Assembly (NCBI RefSeq): GCF_009914755.1
Contig: NC_060947.1
Direction: 5' to 3' (one strand)
Length of the DNA stretch: 64,000 nucleotides
DNA from: the human T2T-CHM13v2.0 reference genome, Homo sapiens
Shown here one piece after another: positions 33,276 to 47,657 of this stretch. The translations under genes were made by a program, and so were the position numbers. Each line of letters begins with the position of its first letter. Position 1 is the first letter of the stretch. The notes below the pieces were generated by a model that saw only the letters and a program-made list of their open reading frames with translations, searched no databases and had not been told where the DNA came from.

Positions 33276-33410
33276 ACCGGCACCGGCACCAGTACCCGCA
33301 CCAGTACCGGCACCGGCACCAGTACCCGCACCAGTACCGGCACCAGCACCAGTACCCGCACCAGTACCGGCACCGGCACCAGTACCCGCACCAGTACCGG
33401 CACCGGCACC
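33276..33410 (+). repeat. MAOA-uVNTR (30-bp promoter VNTR): 4 full units plus a 15-bp half unit (4R-type allele)
   Basis: ACCGGCACCGGCACCAGTACCCGCACCAGT at 33276, 33306, 33336 (variant unit) and 33366, then ACCGGCACCGGCACC. About 1.2 kb upstream of the ATG. The commonly used typing primers ACAGCCTGACCGTGGAGAAG and GAACGGACGCTCCATTCGGA span 33170-33523 (354 bp). Confidence 0.97.
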
Positions 33411-34015
33411 GAGCGCAAGGCGGAGGGCCCGCCCGAAGCCGGGGGCACAACTGCCCAGGTCCCGAACCCGGACTCCAGCTTGGACGACACCTCCTACAGC
33501 CTGTCCGAATGGAGCGTCCGTTCTGAGTGGCGGTCCGTCTCGGATCCGCTAGCCAGTTCCCAGTGGAGCACGTCCTCAACTGCCGAGGCCGCCTCCTGGA
33601 GCTCCAGCATACACTCCCCAATCAGCACTACCGGTCTTAGCGAGAGTACTGACTCCGACTCCAAGAGTGGCCTCCGGGGTTTCAGCGCTTACAACCCGAG
33701 CAGTCGGATCCCCAAGTCTACCACCAGCTCGAACTCCTCCGATGGGGCCGTCACAGCCTCCAATCAGGACACCGGCATTCCCTGGGTATTAGTAACAGGA
33801 CCTACCCCGCCCGTAAACTCCCCCGTAGAGTCATTGCAAGGGTCTGCCTTCTCCTCAGGGTTCAGCACCCCACGGGGTTTGGTAAAAGGACCGACCCTGC
33901 CCCCGGATTCCAACCTGACCTCAGTGTCCGACTACACTTGGATATTTGTACGGGGACCTCCTATACCCAATGACCTTTCGCAAGTGTCAATACAAGCACC
34001 TCCTACACCCAGTAA

Positions 34016-34633
<618 letters not shown>

Positions 34634-34834
34634 TAGCGGTGGCCTGGGGGACCCTGGCCAGTGAGGGGTAGGGGAACCTACAGTAGCTCTTGTGGTGTTT
34701 GGGGGTCTCTCATGCATGCGAGAGTGTAGTGTAGCCATGGCTTGGCCCCATATCCTGCGAGGTAGGAGTGGGGGTTGTGCCAGTTTTGCTGGTGGTGTGA
34801 CTGGGGGAGGCAGACACAATAATTTTACTACTAC

Positions 34835-35060
34835 TACTATTAAATACTAATATTTAATTAGCTCTTGCTGTGCAGTTGTATTTAGCACTTTACGTGGATT
34901 TTCTCAGTCCTCAACAGTCCTGTGAGGTGGGAACTAAATTCATCCCCGTTTTGCAAAACCAAGAAACTGAGGTCTGGGGAGTTTCAATAACTCTCTTGAG
35001 GTCGAATCACCTAGCTTGTAAGTGGCTGAACGATTTTCTCCCATTTAAGACCTGCAGTAC
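34835..35060 (-). mobile_element. MIR
   Basis: CCTCAACAGTCCTGTGAGGTGG...CCCCGTTTTGCA...GAAACTGAGG is the MIR core. Confidence 0.65.
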
Positions 35061-35287
35061 TAATTCCTGAGGTGGCTGCTTTGCCTCACTGATTTCATAT
35101 CCTTTGCCCTAAACAGAACATCAGGATACAGATTTCTGTAGTATTGAGGGAGCAGTAGTGTTATTCCAGTCCTGCTCTTCTCTATTTTCCGTAGAAAATT
35201 TAGTAGGTGAAGAGGAAGGAGGTAGACTCCTTTAAGAAAAGGTTAAAAAAAAAAAGAGGAGAAGAGGGGGTGAGCTCTTAAACTATT

Positions 35288-35289
<2 letters not shown>

Positions 35290-35329
<40 letters not shown>

Positions 35330-35539
35330 AACTGTGTTTATATATATATATGAACTGTGTTTATATATATATATGAACTGTGTTTATATATATATATGAA
35401 CTGTGTTTATATATATATATGAACTGTGTTTATATATATATATATGAACTGTGTTTATATATATATATATATATATGAACTGTGTTTATATATATATATA
35501 TATATATGAACTGTGTGTGTGTATATATATATATGAACT
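35290..35539. repeat. Intron 1 compound repeat: (GT)18 plus the 23-bp VNTR GAACTGTGTT(TA)nT, 8 units
   Basis: Unit lengths counted as 23, 23, 23, 23, 25, 31, 31, 27. Matches the known polymorphic GT/23-bp VNTR near MAOA exon 1. Confidence 0.92.
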
Positions 35540-38134
35540 TGCAGGAAGGTGTAGGACATTTATTGTCCAAAGAGAATCCCTTTATGAAGCAGGGGCTGAG
35601 TGCCCTGTTGTATCCTCCTTCCTCCTTTCACTAAGAGCTCCCACCACCTGAATCTTGTCTTCTGATGAGCCAGTTGGTGGGCCAGGGTGCCCCTGGTCCT
35701 GGCTTGGATTTGTGGCTAACCAAGTGAGTGGTGCATGAGGCTTTCCAATATCTTCCTGGAAGCCTCATCATGATTGATATATTGTCGCCTATGTTGCCAT
35801 CATTGGTAAAATGTTTGAAAATTAGGAATTTTGTTGCCTTTCATCCCTGGCTAGAATACCACACTGACCTATCCTCCCCCTACTAGGTGTTAATAATTTC
35901 TGAGTTATCCCTGCAGGATCTGATTCAGAAAGAGAAAGCTGATGGGAGGGAGTAAGTAGAGTGGCCCCACAGTAGCCATTTTTATATATAAATCTTTCGA
36001 GGAGACTCTGAACATGCTACAAATTAATGTTGGGTAGAGATAGCTTTATCTGAACCCAACATTGTTTATCCTGAACAGGCCAAGAGAAGAGATTGGCATG
36101 AACTGTTGCTTTGCCAGTTCCAGCCAGTACCAGCAAAAACATACATGTATGTTGGAGCATCAGAGGAAAGCAGCTCCTGGTGGAGAGTAAGAAAAAGGAG
36201 TATTTCAGCTTGTTTCTCTTTATTTATTTATGTATTTATTTATTCATTCAAAAAACACTTGTTGAGTACCTGCAATGAAGTGGACTGCTGTTTCCCAAAA
36301 TCTGGTCCCACTAGGCAAGCCTCCTAAAAGCAGTATGGTTGTAGATCACTGGAAAATAAATATGATGACAATGTGTTATATACATTGACTAGGGGTTCTG
36401 GGTCCTCTCCCATCTCCATACCATCTGTATTCTGCAATTCAGAGTTCTTTCTGGGATTTTATTCTTAGTCTTTTTCTTGTTCAGTCTCCAGAATTCCTTA
36501 AGGAGCGCGGTTTTTTTATTTTTCCTCTGCCTGATTACCTGCTCTTCCTCCCTTTCTATACTTTATGCTCCATACTTGGTCATTAGCAGAGGTGAAATTA
36601 CCATGTAGCTGATAAACTTTATGCTTTATGGCCTTATAACTGTAGGTTGCTTCTGGTTCTCATTCTAAATAAATAACCAGTTTCATACTCAGTCCTGTAT
36701 TTGCAATTTTGCTTTCTTATTTCTTAGAGAGGATACCCAAGTTATATATAAGTTGTAGGTCCCACAAAACCTGAATCTGTCCATAGTCACTCTTAATTAT
36801 TAATTTATTTCCATTTGGGGGAAGTAGAGGGCATTTCTTGCACAGTAGTTCACACCTCTATTCCAGAGGCCAGCTTCAGTGACACTGGAAAAAGCACTTG
36901 ACTTCCTCTAATGCCATCTCCATCAGTCAGATCTGAGTGATTTTAATACTCAAACTGACCAGAAACATTGCTTTCTATCTGTGGTACCTTCCCAGATGGT
37001 TCACAGCTAAAATGAAAGTAGTTGCAAGTGTGGCTCGTGTTAGATCCTGGACATAAACTGAGTGTTTCATGAGCGGGTGAGAAGCATCACTTCCCAAGCA
37101 TTCTTGTGAATTCAGAAACATACCATTTTTGTGTGTGCTTGGCAGTATCCCATGAAGTACTTAATAGTCCCTGTGGCAGTTTTATATGCCTTTGGATGTT
37201 CTTTATAACTTTTATTAGGACTTGTACACTTTGATAGGTTACCCACACATTCATAATACATCACCAATCCATAGCATCAGCAGTGTTATTTCTATTATAT
37301 AGCACCCAGAAGAGTACATATTCTAAGTGACATTACTCAAAATTGATCCATATTAGCAACATTTTTTAAATAACTCTCTACACAGAGAATAGCAGCATCT
37401 GGATGTATCTCCTTTTTTGTCATTATAAAACATAAAATAGACTATGTCTTACAACCACAAACTCTTTTTATCTGCCTAACCACCAATTAAATAATTATAT
37501 ATAGTATGTTAATAGTTGAGAGGGGAAATAACCCTGCTGATTTGTTGGTCTAGTGGTATCTTTAAAATGCTCTGGTCCTTAACCATCATTCATCATCTAT
37601 CACCCATTCCTTTTTGAAACTCCTTTCATGTTTTCAGCGATGCTATTGGATCCTGAATTTTTATCCCATACTGATTGCTGCTTTTCCATCCCTTTCATTG
37701 TGCTCATATTCTTGCAAACATCTGGTTTTGAAAGGTTTCACTGTTCATCACTTTGGGGCTCTTGGTACTCTCTCCCTCTCTTTCTCATTCTAGGACTTCA
37801 GCTGTCCCTTATCTATAGAAAACTCTCAAGTCTCTGATTTGAATCCTCTTCCTTCCCTGAACTCCTGTCCCATAGCTTATCTGCTCCTGGGTATTTCACG
37901 ATTGAACACTTCAGGTTCAACATGTACCATAGCTACTGTGCTAGCCAATCCAGCTTCTTTTCCTCAGTTCCTTGACTCTGTTCTTAGCACCACCATCCCT
38001 TCTATAATTTTTGACATAATCTTTTCTTTTATCTTCTGCACCCTTTTAGCAGATCCTTCTCACTCTTCTTTGGGGCTATCTCTCTTCTCCTTTCTCTATG
38101 ATGACCTCCCTCCCCCCATCACCAGGACAGACTC

Positions 38135-38462
38135 TTTTTTAAAAATATTTTGTATAAATGTAAGGGATACGACTGCAATTTTGTTACATGGATAGATTGC
38201 ATAGTGGTGAAGTCTGGGCTTTTAGTGTATTCATAACGTGAATAATGTACGTTGTACCCATTAGGTAATTTCTCATCATCCTCCTTCCTCCTGCCCCACA
38301 CCCTTCCAGTCACCAATGTCTATTATTCCATACCTCTATGTCTGTGTGTGTACATTATTTAGCTCCCACTTATAAGTGAGAACATATGGTATTGGACTTT
38401 CTATTTCTGAGTTGTTTCACTTAAGATAATGGTCTCCAGTTCCATCAATGTTGTTGCAAAAG
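38135..38462 (-). mobile_element. L1MA-type 3' fragment inserted in L2-like sequence
   Basis: TTTAGCTCCCACTTATAAGTGAGAACAT...TTTCACTTAAGATAATGGTCTCCAGTTCCATC is a reverse L1MA 3' end. Confidence 0.75.
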
Positions 38463-41400
38463 CTCTTGACCCCTGAAGCTACCTGGTTATGACCCCCTTC
38501 CCAGTGGCCACCCTTTACAATAATGGCTCTCCCTTTATGTCCATCCTGCATTCAGTGTTCTCCCAAACTTGATTTTTCTTAAACACTTCTTTCATCACCT
38601 TGCCCCTCTGCTCAGGGCCTTCAATGGTCTCCTATTAGCAGCCTCCCAAACACCTCCCTATCCCGCCCCCCATCATGACAAGTAGCATTTCCTACTATTT
38701 TCCAACATGGATCTGAGCTTTAGTCTCACCGCCTCGTGTCCTCAGGCTACACTACGTTTATTTAGTCCCTTCATGCCTTTTCTGTTTTTATCTTTCTTAA
38801 CATGGAAGTGCTTTTCTCTTACATTTATATTCTATCTATCCTTCAATGCTTGGCTGAAGATCCTTTCCTTGATCACTCTGGCTCCCATTGATTTTTCTCT
38901 CCTCTTGTAGAGCTTGTAATCTGTACTTAACAAACAATTTACACTTATTTTCTATCTCTTATTTCATGATTTGATTTTAAGGATAATGGCTCAGTCACTG
39001 AATTCAGTTGTTAGTTCTTACTCATGAGCTGCCACAGATACAATAAATGACAGAAAACTAGCGGTGGAAGATTTTTAAATCTGCCCTCAACTGAGAATTT
39101 CTGAAATGGTTCTCTTTAGTAGAGAAAAAAAGGAAACAAGAAAAAAGCCCACCTCCAGGGGACAATGTATACTTCCTTCATGAGTCTGTTTGGAATTTGA
39201 GTCTTTGGGTCAAAGGGGTTTTAAAAGGCAATCTAGTCCAATCACCTAAGATTTTAATCTTCTTAACAGCACCTCGCTAGTGATTAGAGCCAGATGGCTG
39301 TAGCTTTGAACGCATTTAAGGATAGGAAATGCTCGGTCTGTCAAAGCAACTCATTACAAGTAGAGGTAGCTCTGGCTCCTTGTCTTGTTTAAGCATTTCA
39401 AGAACCTCTACCTATATACTAAGCAGTGACTGGGGATCATGGGGAAAGAAAGAGATATATAATGATGAGTAAGTAGCATCCCTGTACATAAGGTACTTCT
39501 ATCTTCTGGAAGAAGTAATCAAGTGGGTGAATAATTGACATGAATACAGTGAGATAATAATTGATATGAATATAGTGAGATAAATATCAATGTGGTGAGA
39601 TAAATATTAATGTTTTGAATATGAACAAAGTGCAGGGATCTTGAGAGATAAGTAGAATTTTAACAGGTAGAGATAAGAGGATGGAAAAAAAGACATACCA
39701 TACAGGAGAGACTAGAGGAACACAGATACAGTCATGAGGGTATAAGCCAGATATGAGCAGTGCTTAATTTCCCAATGGTGAGAGTTCCAGGGAATGAAAA
39801 TAGTTGTTTCCTATGCCTCTAGGTATGTGATCCTGGTAGCTATTGAGATGAGCCCAGTGTGCCACATCTACCCATGATTTTTGTTCCTGTGTGAGCTGTG
39901 AATGGTTAGCGAGCGCACAGTGAAAATGCCTTAGTCATAACACTGGATTGTCCTGGGTGAATAAAGTGTTTCTTCATTTTTTTTTATTTTGCAATTAAAT
40001 TCCAAGTGTCACGTAGAAAGACCTCTTCATGTCCAAATAGTGTTTAAGCAATAGAACTCCTCTCTATTTTTGTCCATCAGCTGAGCTCTGCTGAAAGAAT
40101 TGAGAACACTAGCTGCCCAGAATTCAGTGCTGTATAAAACCAGCAGGAATGAATTTTTCTTATCTTCTGAGAGACAGAAAAGCCATTTTGCAAGAGAAAT
40201 AACTAATGTTCAGCATTCCGATGATTGAGTCCACAACATACCACAATTTCCCTTTTTGCTGAAATATATCACCTGTAAAAATTATTCTGCTAGGACCATT
40301 TTAGGCATTTTAACCCAGAACTTGGCAGCATGTACTGTGTGGTTTTGCAGTGATTAAGAAAAGCTTCCATTTAAGAAATGCCACTTATTTTTGGTGTCTT
40401 AGTTATTTAAATACTCTGAGGTTCAATGTGGGCTGAGCATTAATTTTTTGCTGTTTAGGACACTTCTCTGCCCCTAATTTATATTTTATTTTTCTAAAAA
40501 ATAAACTAGGGTGTTTTTACTTCATAAACTTTTTAAATACTAAACAAAGAATACAAGAATTACATTTATTTGTGTTCTGATTTTTTTTTTTTGAAATCTT
40601 CATGGTTGAAGGAGCTTTTGGATTTATCTGGCATTAAATGGGAAATTTTAGCATTTAGTCAATACTAATTGATTTGAATTGTTACATAATCCTCAGCTAT
40701 TGTGAAAAATGTATTTAACAATAGATCTAGGTATAGCATAATTGCATACATTACAGAGACCAATAATGGAGAAAAAGAAACATGGAACACCATTATTGGT
40801 GAATATTGGGTCACAATCTTTGTGCAGTTATGGCATAGAAATATTTTAACCTATGAAAAATCTTGCAGTATTTGCATTCAAGTGTACTCAGAAAGACTAA
40901 GGTTGTATTCTAGTTTTATATTACATATAGGGTGCCCAGCCCTGTGATTTAGAAAGTGTAGACACCCGATAAATAGTTGTTAAGGAATATACTTGTATGT
41001 AGGAGATGTATAGATTTCATAATGATAGGGTTTTTTTTTTCATTGTAATTAGAACTTCAAAAATTGAATCAAAACATTTTCTAAATGTTGTGAGCATTTG
41101 AGACAAATTGATTGTTGGGACTGTTTCTCCTCCTTTATCATGACAAATATTTTATATTTTTACCAGCAATTTGTATTTTCCTTCAAACAATCTATTTCTT
41201 GTTATGTTGCCATCTGTCATTGTGTATTAGGGAAATTTAAAGTCTTTGAACTATGGTTTTGTCATCCAAGAAGTTGGATTAAGTTATATGTGATATATCT
41301 TCTGGTATGGATTTTTAGTAATTAGTCAATTTCATGAAGATCCGTCTCTTTAGCTTTCTTTCTTGGACCCTCCTCAACGTTTTTTTCTTCTATGCTTTAT

Positions 41401-44027
41401 TCTGGGAAGAGTTTGCATTATCTGTCATACTGACATTCTTCACAAACTTGAATCAGGGCCTGGGTCTCTCCACAGGTGCTCATTCACACTTTCCCCATGG
41501 CTTCTCTGAGACTTTGTTTAAAACCCTTTTCTAGTTGTTGCTAGGCAAAAGTAAACAAAGCACACTCAATAACAATATTTAATTGATTGACTAAGAGTGT
41601 TAAGAACATAAAAAACAGATGATAAGATTTAAGAGTTGAAGTAATTATATATTAACCATGTCCAAGGGTTATAGAATGGTGGCCTGTAAGAGCCCAAAGG
41701 GACTGAAACAGAGGCTCAGAGGGGTCCAGGGAATTACCAAATGCCACAAAATTCTTAGCTGTTTAACTTGTCCTTGGATGCGTAAAATACTGACTTCCAG
41801 GACAGTGCTCTTTCTGTACCTCACCTCACTGGACCTGCTTTGTCAGCTCATCCATAGATCTGCAGTAAACCTTATTATTGCTTTACTTTGAACGTTGATG
41901 CTCTAAAGCATAGTGACTACTGCTTAACAGTAATTTATATATTATAAGATATCACAAGGAATGTTATTGCTTTCTGAACATTTAAATTTAAAAATATGGG
42001 ACACCCTATTAAATAAAATGACTTTCATATGACAAATCTATTTCCTTGTTGGAAAGGCCATTCCTGGTGCATTTAGGATATGTAGAGATTGTTGGGATAG
42101 TTTAGATCAGTGATTCTTGACCTTTTGGACCAAATGTCTCTTGGAAAATCTGATGAAAGCTATTGGACGTTTCACCAAAAAATGCGTATTTTTACGCATA
42201 GATGTTTTTCTCCTCTGCACCAGGCCAATGTTCTGGAAACCTCTTCTGCGTCACTGTCCTAATAGTGTAATTATTTTTAGCTGATACTGAGACTTCACGA
42301 AAGTGGTGAAAAATATTTCAGAGGATTCATTATATCATTAGACAGTTACTAGTAATGAATTTTTAAATAGACCATGATGAAGAGTCAAAACATTCAGGCT
42401 GGACACGAAGGCACCTACATTTGCTATATTAGCTCTATGATAACTAGAGAAGTGAAATTGACATGTTTTGAAAAGAAAGAATTTGGGAGAAAACATTGGT
42501 GAAGGAAATGGAAGGCTGTGGTGGTTGAGATTTCTTTTAGTAGTTTTCAAAGATTGTTTATTTAAAGTATCATTAGCCCATCGTCTATTCAGTGACTTGT
42601 GTGAGGCATAGAATCTGTGTAACCTCTGTGTCACAGGGGTTACAGAGATGAGCCTGAAATGCTCTTCAAAGTTGGTTCAGAGGTCCAATGTCAGCACAGA
42701 GGAGGGAGGAGTTAATTCCACCTGGAGGAAGTGACAAGGAAAGGATTTCATGGAGGAAGTCATACTCGACAGAAGTGTCATAGATTTTGGATAAATTCTG
42801 AAATGTAATGAAGATGACCTTTAAGGTGACCGTTTCCAGATTAAATGAGTTAGCTTGGAGCTGTGGCCTAAGTTGAAGACCATTTTCTTGCTTGTATGTA
42901 TCTGTTCATTCATTCAGTAAATATTTGTCAATTGTGCATCACTGTATGCCTTGAGTAAAATTTGTGGGGTTTGCTCTCGCTTCTCTGCTTTGGGCATATT
43001 GCCTCAAAAATAAAATGCCTCTTCGAAAATCTGATGAAATCTGATTGCCTCAAAAATGAGGCAATATGAGTTGATATTTGACTATACTTTTTATTGCCCT
43101 TGGAGTGTTCAGTCCAAGAGTCCAAATGTGCAGTTATGTAAGAATTCTTTTGGCCAGAGACCACTTCACTGAATAATAGAGAATTAACAATGTATCATGC
43201 AGTGTACTCTGTGCAATTCCTAGGTGATGATGCATATCAAAGTTGAAGAAAGATGTCACTTTCGGGAATAAAGAGAAAGAACTAGGCAGGTATACACCAT
43301 AGCTACACTAAAACCTTGCTCCAACATGCTCAGCTTGTGCTCTGGGCATTGTTCACCTAGGACCTTGCCTTTGGGAGTTTATTATGCTATTTGAACAATC
43401 AATCTTATGAGAGATTAAACAAGCTTTCCTAAAGTGTGTTTTCAGGTATACATTTTTTTAAAAAGCAGAGGGTGGATAAATGCTGAGTTAAATGGGTCTT
43501 TTTGCTGCAGGACTTCTCAGGACCATATGCCAGTGTGCACCAGGCATTTCCCAGAAGGAGAAACAGTATATGGTGTCTCAACTTCCATGAACATTGATAC
43601 TTCTCCCCAGAGCATCTTTCTTGAGGACTCATGTTCCGTAAAACATTTAGGGAACTACAGCCCATCCTAGTGTGCAGAGTCCAAGGACAGCAATATGGAG
43701 TGTCCCTGGTGCATTTTAAGTTTCAATGAAAGAATGGGGCGAATAATGAATTAAGGGGTAATTGCATTCCCTAACTTGGGTGAGATCCTTTTATCTAAAG
43801 TGAAGATGAATGCGGAACAATAATCAAATAAATTAGGACTGTCTAGACAACCAGTCTGTTGAATTCAGGGCAAATTGAAGTTAATTGTTAGCTTTCATCT
43901 GTTTATTACTTGAGACAGCCCTATCTTTTTTAGCCTATCAAGGGGATTAGAAGATTTGGCCTTTCCTAAAGCAGAGAATTATGTATCTGAAAGGAAGTAC
44001 AAAATACAGATAGGCATAGGTATAGAT

Positions 44028-44074
<47 letters not shown>
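44028..44074. repeat. (TAGA)n tetranucleotide STR, about 11-12 units
   Basis: Perfect TAGA/GATA array. Confidence 0.95.
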
Positions 44075-44459
44075 GAATGGTTTTATATATCAAGGGCAAG
44101 TTTGTGTGTATATTGATATTCTCTGTTGTCTTCTGCCAAAAAGCACAATGCTGGTTCAAAGATCAGAGAATGTGCTAGCAGTATTTAGAATCTGCTGACT
44201 TACTTAGGCGTAAAGGTTAAAATGACATGCCACCGTATCCTTGTCAATGTTTCTTAGTTGCTTGAGATAAATATATTCTAGGTAGCATTAGAAACTTCCC
44301 TGTTGCCCTCATCCACATAAGCATGATTTTGTTTTCTTAGTATGTGGTTCTTCTATTCATTGCAACAAGCATTTGGGCACTGCAACGTGCAGGCTCCATC
44401 CTAGGGATGCAAAGATTTGTAACACATTTCTGTTTTTTCATAACACACATATAGCTCAT

Positions 44460-45670
44460 TTATGCATCTCAAGATTAATGCATCTAAAACAAGACACTTG
44501 ATATTTCCCCATAACTCTTCTTCCCCTGGCTGTTTCCAACTTAATAAATGGTACCTCTATTTAACCAGTTGCTCAGGTTAAAAACCTTGAATCCATTCTT
44601 GGTTCCTCTCTTTTTGTCATACACCACATCCATTCCAGCAGCAAATCCTATTGGCTGTAGCCTCAAAATATGTTCTGTATCTCACGGCTTCCCACAACAA
44701 CTGCAACCACAGTTATCCCCACCCAAGCCGTTGTGGTCTTTTGCCTTTGTCCAAGCCACCATGATCTCTTGGCCAGAGATCTGCCTCTTTACTAGTCTCT
44801 GTACTTCCTTCCTCTTTTGCCCCACTACAGTCTGCTTTCCTCACAGAAACCAGGATGATCTTTAAAAAAGTTAAAATAAGGTGAATCACTCCCCTACTCA
44901 TAAGCCTCCAGTAGCCCCCATCATACTTAGACCAAAACCTAGAGTTTTGATGTGGTCTACAAGACACTCTGTCACTTAGTCTCTTCTTACTTTTCTAGTC
45001 TCATATTCTCCTCACTAATTTCCTTTTGGCTGTGCTAGCCTTACTGGTCTTTGAGCACATCGGCCTTTTTCCTATCTTCCCCATATACTTGCATGGCTCA
45101 CTTCCTTACTTCATTAAGATCTCTGCTTTTGTTCTCACTCATAGGTGGGAATTGATCAATGAGAACACTTGGACACAGGAAGGGGAACATCACATACCAG
45201 GGTCTGTCATGGGGTGGGGGAAGGGGGGAGGGATAGCATTAGGAGATATACCTAATGTAAATGACGAGTCAATGGGTGCAGCACACCAACCTGGTGCATG
45301 TATACATATGTAACAAACCTGCACGTTGTGCACATGTACCCTAGAACTTAAAGTATATATATAAAAAAAGATCTCTGCTTTAATGTCACCTCTCAGATGC
45401 ATTCACTGATGATCCTGTGTAAAAGCACTCCCCACTTCCATGGCTCACTCTCCCCTTACTCTGCTTTATTTATCTTCATAGCACTTAATATTTCCTTAAT
45501 AGTTCCTAATCACTTAATCTTAATATTTATTCCTTTATTTGTCTCTCTTTCCCATAAAAGTGTAAGCTTCATGAGGACTTAGTTATATTCACCTGTATCA
45601 CAGCACCTAGGATGATGCCCGGGACTCAGTAAGAGTGCAATATTATTTGATGGGTGAATAGATGAAGGAA
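44460..45670 (+). mobile_element. L2 fragment interrupted by a short L1PA
   Basis: CCAGTTGCTCAGG...GTCCAAGCCACCATGATCTCTT and the terminal GTAAGCTTCATGAGG...CAGCACCTAGG motifs. Confidence 0.65.
45130..45367 (+). mobile_element. Very short 5'-truncated L1PA (3' end only, L1PA5-like)
   Basis: TGTTCTCACTCATAGGTGGGAATTG...CCCTAGAACTTAAAGTAT plus tail. 14-bp TSD AAGATCTCTGCTTT. Confidence 0.92.
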
Positions 45671-47349
45671 TGACTTTAGCTAGGTTTATGATACTTGTGA
45701 AGGGGTAAGTATATGTACTTGCAGAAAGATTCCATTGTTATCCATGCCTTAGATGCTTCTCATGAAGACAGCCCACATTTCATATATCTGTAGGCTGTAT
45801 TTGAAACATTTTAAGGGGAAAAATAATTTGGGGTAGCAAAAAATTCTTAATGTTTGTGTGTACTAGTTTTCTCTTTGCAAACACAGTGATGTTCTACAGG
45901 AAACATATATATGCCGTACATTCAAGTGAGTGTATATTGAAAGATGACTCTTCATTCCACTTCAGCCCCAAGCACTATAACCCAAAAATAACTGCTATGA
46001 TAGTTTATTGTGTATCCTTTCAGATATTTACTGTGCAAGTATGAAGTATATACATTTTTTGCTATTCTACAATGGGCCTATACTATATACAGGGAATCTC
46101 AACTTTGCTTATTTTACCTTATTTATTTCAAAGAACTTTCATACTTTTTAATAGTTGTATAGTATTTCAAAGAATGCCTCTACCACATCCTTGTATGTAG
46201 CTCTTGGAGCACATAGGTAAGTTTATATGTAAGAGAGCTTGCTAGGATTGTAATTGCTGGATCAAAGGGAGGTCCATTTACAGTTTTGATAGCTAATGAC
46301 AACAAGGTTGAATCACTTTACTTTGCCACCAACAGTGTAAGACAGAATCTGTTTTTCTGCATCCATGTCAATACTATGTTTTAACTATTTTCATTCTTCA
46401 ACCCAATAAGCCAAAATGGTACCTTATTTTTATATTTCTCCAGTTATGAGTGAGATTGAACAATTTTTCATTGAAAGGCATTTACATTTCTTCTGTAAAA
46501 GTTTATGTTCACATTTTTTTAACCTATTTTAAAAGCATGTCTGGTCATTTTTCCTTATTGACTTGTGAGAACTTTTTATATTTTGAAGAAATGAATTCTT
46601 TGTTGAATGTTGCAAATATTTTCTTTTTATGGCTTCTGGGTTTTGTGTCTTGCACAGAAAGCATTCTTTATTCCAAGAATATTACTTTAGAAAAATCTGC
46701 CTTACTTTATTCTAGTTTTTTAAGGTTTTTATGTTATGCATTTAAATCTTCTGAGTTTATTCTGAGTAAAGAGTTAGAGAGAGATTCTGCTTTACTTTTT
46801 AGATTTCCCCAAATCAGATGTCTCAACACAATTTATTGACTAAACCAGGATTTACCTACTGATTTGTATAATTTAGGCTATTTCTAGACCATATGCTCTT
46901 ATTTCTCTGTCTCTCTAATCTTGTACCAGCACAACTCTTTCTGCTGTAGCTTTGTCATACATTTTAATGAAAAGTTGAGCTAGTTATAATGCTTTTTCAG
47001 GAATTTCCTGGCAAGCTGGCCATGCTATTTTTCCATGTGAACTTTAGAATCAGGCTTTCTAATATAAAGAAAAAGTTACTAATATTTTAATTGAGATTTC
47101 ATTACATTTGTAGATTTATTTGGAGGAATTAAGGTCTTTATAATACTATTTCCTTTTATCAAAAAATAAAAACTATTTTTCTGTTCAAATCTTCTATTGT
47201 GTCTTTTGGTGATTTTGAGGATATTTTTCAGGTTTATTTTTCAGAGCTCTTGTTGAGTTGATGTTGCTCTAAGAAGTGAGCTTATTTTTTTCCATCATAT
47301 TCCAATTCATTGTACATAGGGTAGATATTTATCTTTTAATATTAATTTT

Positions 47350-47657
<308 letters not shown>

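Noticed and set aside
33276-33410. Tandem arrays as possible CRISPR-like arrays
   Set aside because: Units are head-to-tail with no unique spacers, in a eukaryotic context with no cas genes. The same applies to 35329-35534.
33227-33526. 99-aa His/Arg-rich ORF (HRHRHQYPHQYR repeats)
   Set aside because: An alternative reading of the stop-free uVNTR, with no ATG start and no independent support.
32975-33621. Minus-strand ORFs of 171 aa (VPVLVRVL) and 156 aa (CRCRYWCGYW)
   Set aside because: By-products of the uVNTR and high GC. The Cys/Trp pattern is repeat-derived, not a metal-binding domain.
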